Assembly (NCBI RefSeq): GCF_009914755.1
Contig: NC_060925.1
From: the human T2T-CHM13v2.0 reference genome, Homo sapiens
DNA: 64,000 bases
Strand: one strand, 5' to 3'
A program made the position numbers and the translations under genes. Positions 62,901 through 64,000 of the stretch are shown piece by piece (positions within the stretch are counted from its first letter, which is position 1; each line of letters starts with the position of its first letter). A model generated the notes under the pieces. The model did no database searches and was not told the origin of the DNA. It saw nothing but the letters and a program-made list of their open reading frames with translations.

Positions 62901-64000
62901 GAGGTCTGAATATCCACTTGCAGACTTTACAAACAGAGTGTTTCCTAACTGCTCTATGAAAAGAAAGGTTAAACTCTTTGACTTGAACGCACACATCACA
63001 ACGCAGTTTGTGGGAATGATTCTGTCTAGTCTTTATACGAAGATATTTCCTTTTCTACCATTGACCTCAAAGCGGCTGAAATCTCCACTTGCAAATTCCA
63101 CAAAAAGAGTGTTTCAAGTCTGCTCTGTGTAAAGGATCGTTCAACTCTGTGAGTTGAATACACACAACACAAGGAAGTTACTGAGAATTCTTCTGTCTAG
63201 CATAATATGAAGAAATCCCGTTTCCAACGAAGGCCACAAGATGTCAGAATATCCACTTACAGACTTTACAAACAGAGTGTTTCCTAACTGCTCTATGAAC
63301 AGAAAGGTTAAACTCTGTGAGTTGAACGAACACATCACAACGCAGTTTGTGGGAATGATTCTGTCTAGTTTTGAAACGAAGATATTTCCTTTTCTGCCAT
63401 TGACCTTAAAGCGCTTGAAATCTACACTTGCAAATTGCACAAATAGAGTGTTTCAAATCTGCTCTGTCTAAGGGAACGTTCAGCTCTGTGAGTTGAATGC
63501 ACACAACACAAGGAAGTTACTGGGAATTCTTCTGTCTAGCCTTACATGAAAAAAACCCGTTTCCAACGAAGGCCTCTAAGTGGTCAAAATATCCACGTGC
63601 AGACTTTACAAACAGAGTGTTTCCAAACCGCTGAATGAAAAGAAAAGTTAAACTCTGAGAGTTGAACGCACACATCACGCAGCAGTTTCTGAGAATGATT
63701 CTGTCTAGTTTATATACGAAGATATTTCCTTTTCTGCCTTTGGTCCCAAAGCGCTTGAAATCTCCACTTGCAAATTCCACAAAAACAGTGTTTCAAATCT
63801 GCTCTCTCTAAATGAAACTTCAACTCTGTCTGTTGAATACACAAAACACAAGGAAGTTACTGAGAATTCTTCTGTCTAGCATAATATGAAGAAATCCCGT
63901 TTCCAACGAAGGCCTCAAAGGGGTCTGAATATCCACTTGCAGACTTTATAAACAGAGTGTTTACTAACTGCTCTATGAAAAGAAAGGTTAAACTCTGTGA
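47910..64000 (-). repeat. About 2.8 tandem copies of a 5779-bp 34-monomer super-repeat (8-mer + 26-mer)
   Basis: Anchors at 50323/56102/61881 and 51683/57462/63241. Private variants recur at +5779 (48901/54680/60459; 51380/57159/62938; 52739/58518). The block runs off the window end. Confidence 0.93.

Larger units (their letters stand above)
1..64000 (-). repeat. Alpha-satellite higher-order repeat array, suprachromosomal family 1 (dimeric), probably D1Z7/D5Z2/D19Z3 (S1C1/5/19H1L)
   Basis: Continuous ~170/340-bp periodicity with alphoid motifs (cacatcacaaaggagtttctgagaatcattctgtctag; ttgcaaattccacaaaaagagtgtttcaa). One CENP-B box per ~340 bp, an EcoRI site in most dimers, and a shortest unit of 1019 bp (6 monomers). 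Alpha-satellite identity is certain. The array name is recalled from knowledge of SF1 arrays, not from a search. Confidence 0.97.

Noticed and set aside
91-63780. Hundreds of 60-111 aa ORFs on both strands (MFPNCSMKRK..., MILRNSFVMC..., MCIQLTEL...)
   Set aside because: They recur with the 340-bp satellite period, overlap on opposite strands, often use non-ATG starts and are freely broken by indels and stops. They are chance translations of alpha satellite, used here only as variant markers.
1-64000. CRISPR-like or other prokaryotic repeat-spacer system
   Set aside because: There are no unique spacers and no cas or other genes. The entire period is repeated.
1-64000. Transposon insertion (L1/Alu), inversion or non-alphoid island
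   Set aside because: The ~340-bp phase and box orientation are unbroken end to end, with no poly(A) tail, target-site duplication or foreign sequence seen.
1-64000. Assignment to a specific chromosome or to the kinetochore (CDR) site
   Set aside because: The chr1, 5 and 19 arrays are too similar to separate by eye, and CENP-A position depends on methylation and chromatin data that are not in the sequence.

Overview
The whole 64 kb is one uninterrupted, single-orientation primate (most likely human) centromeric alpha-satellite array. It is built from ~171-bp monomers paired into ~340-bp A/B dimers, each with a CENP-B box on the - strand. The sequence and the 1019-bp 6-mer core fit suprachromosomal family 1, most likely the live array shared by chromosomes 1/5/19 (D1Z7/D5Z2/D19Z3, S1C1/5/19H1L). 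I cannot tell which chromosome. There are no genes, RNA genes, transposon insertions or inversions, and the ORF track only re-translates the repeat. I found no new protein-coding system. What is interesting is the array's internal architecture. Its 29 complete higher-order units are 6-26 monomers long, always an even number. They are grouped into recent super-repeats (6110/6790, 3394, 1355 and 5779 bp), with long-range paralogous blocks, short gene-conversion-like patches, a hidden 680-bp alternation and amplified lineages of broken CENP-B boxes. All counts and variant calls were made by eye, using the ORF track as a positional marker, and need computational confirmation.
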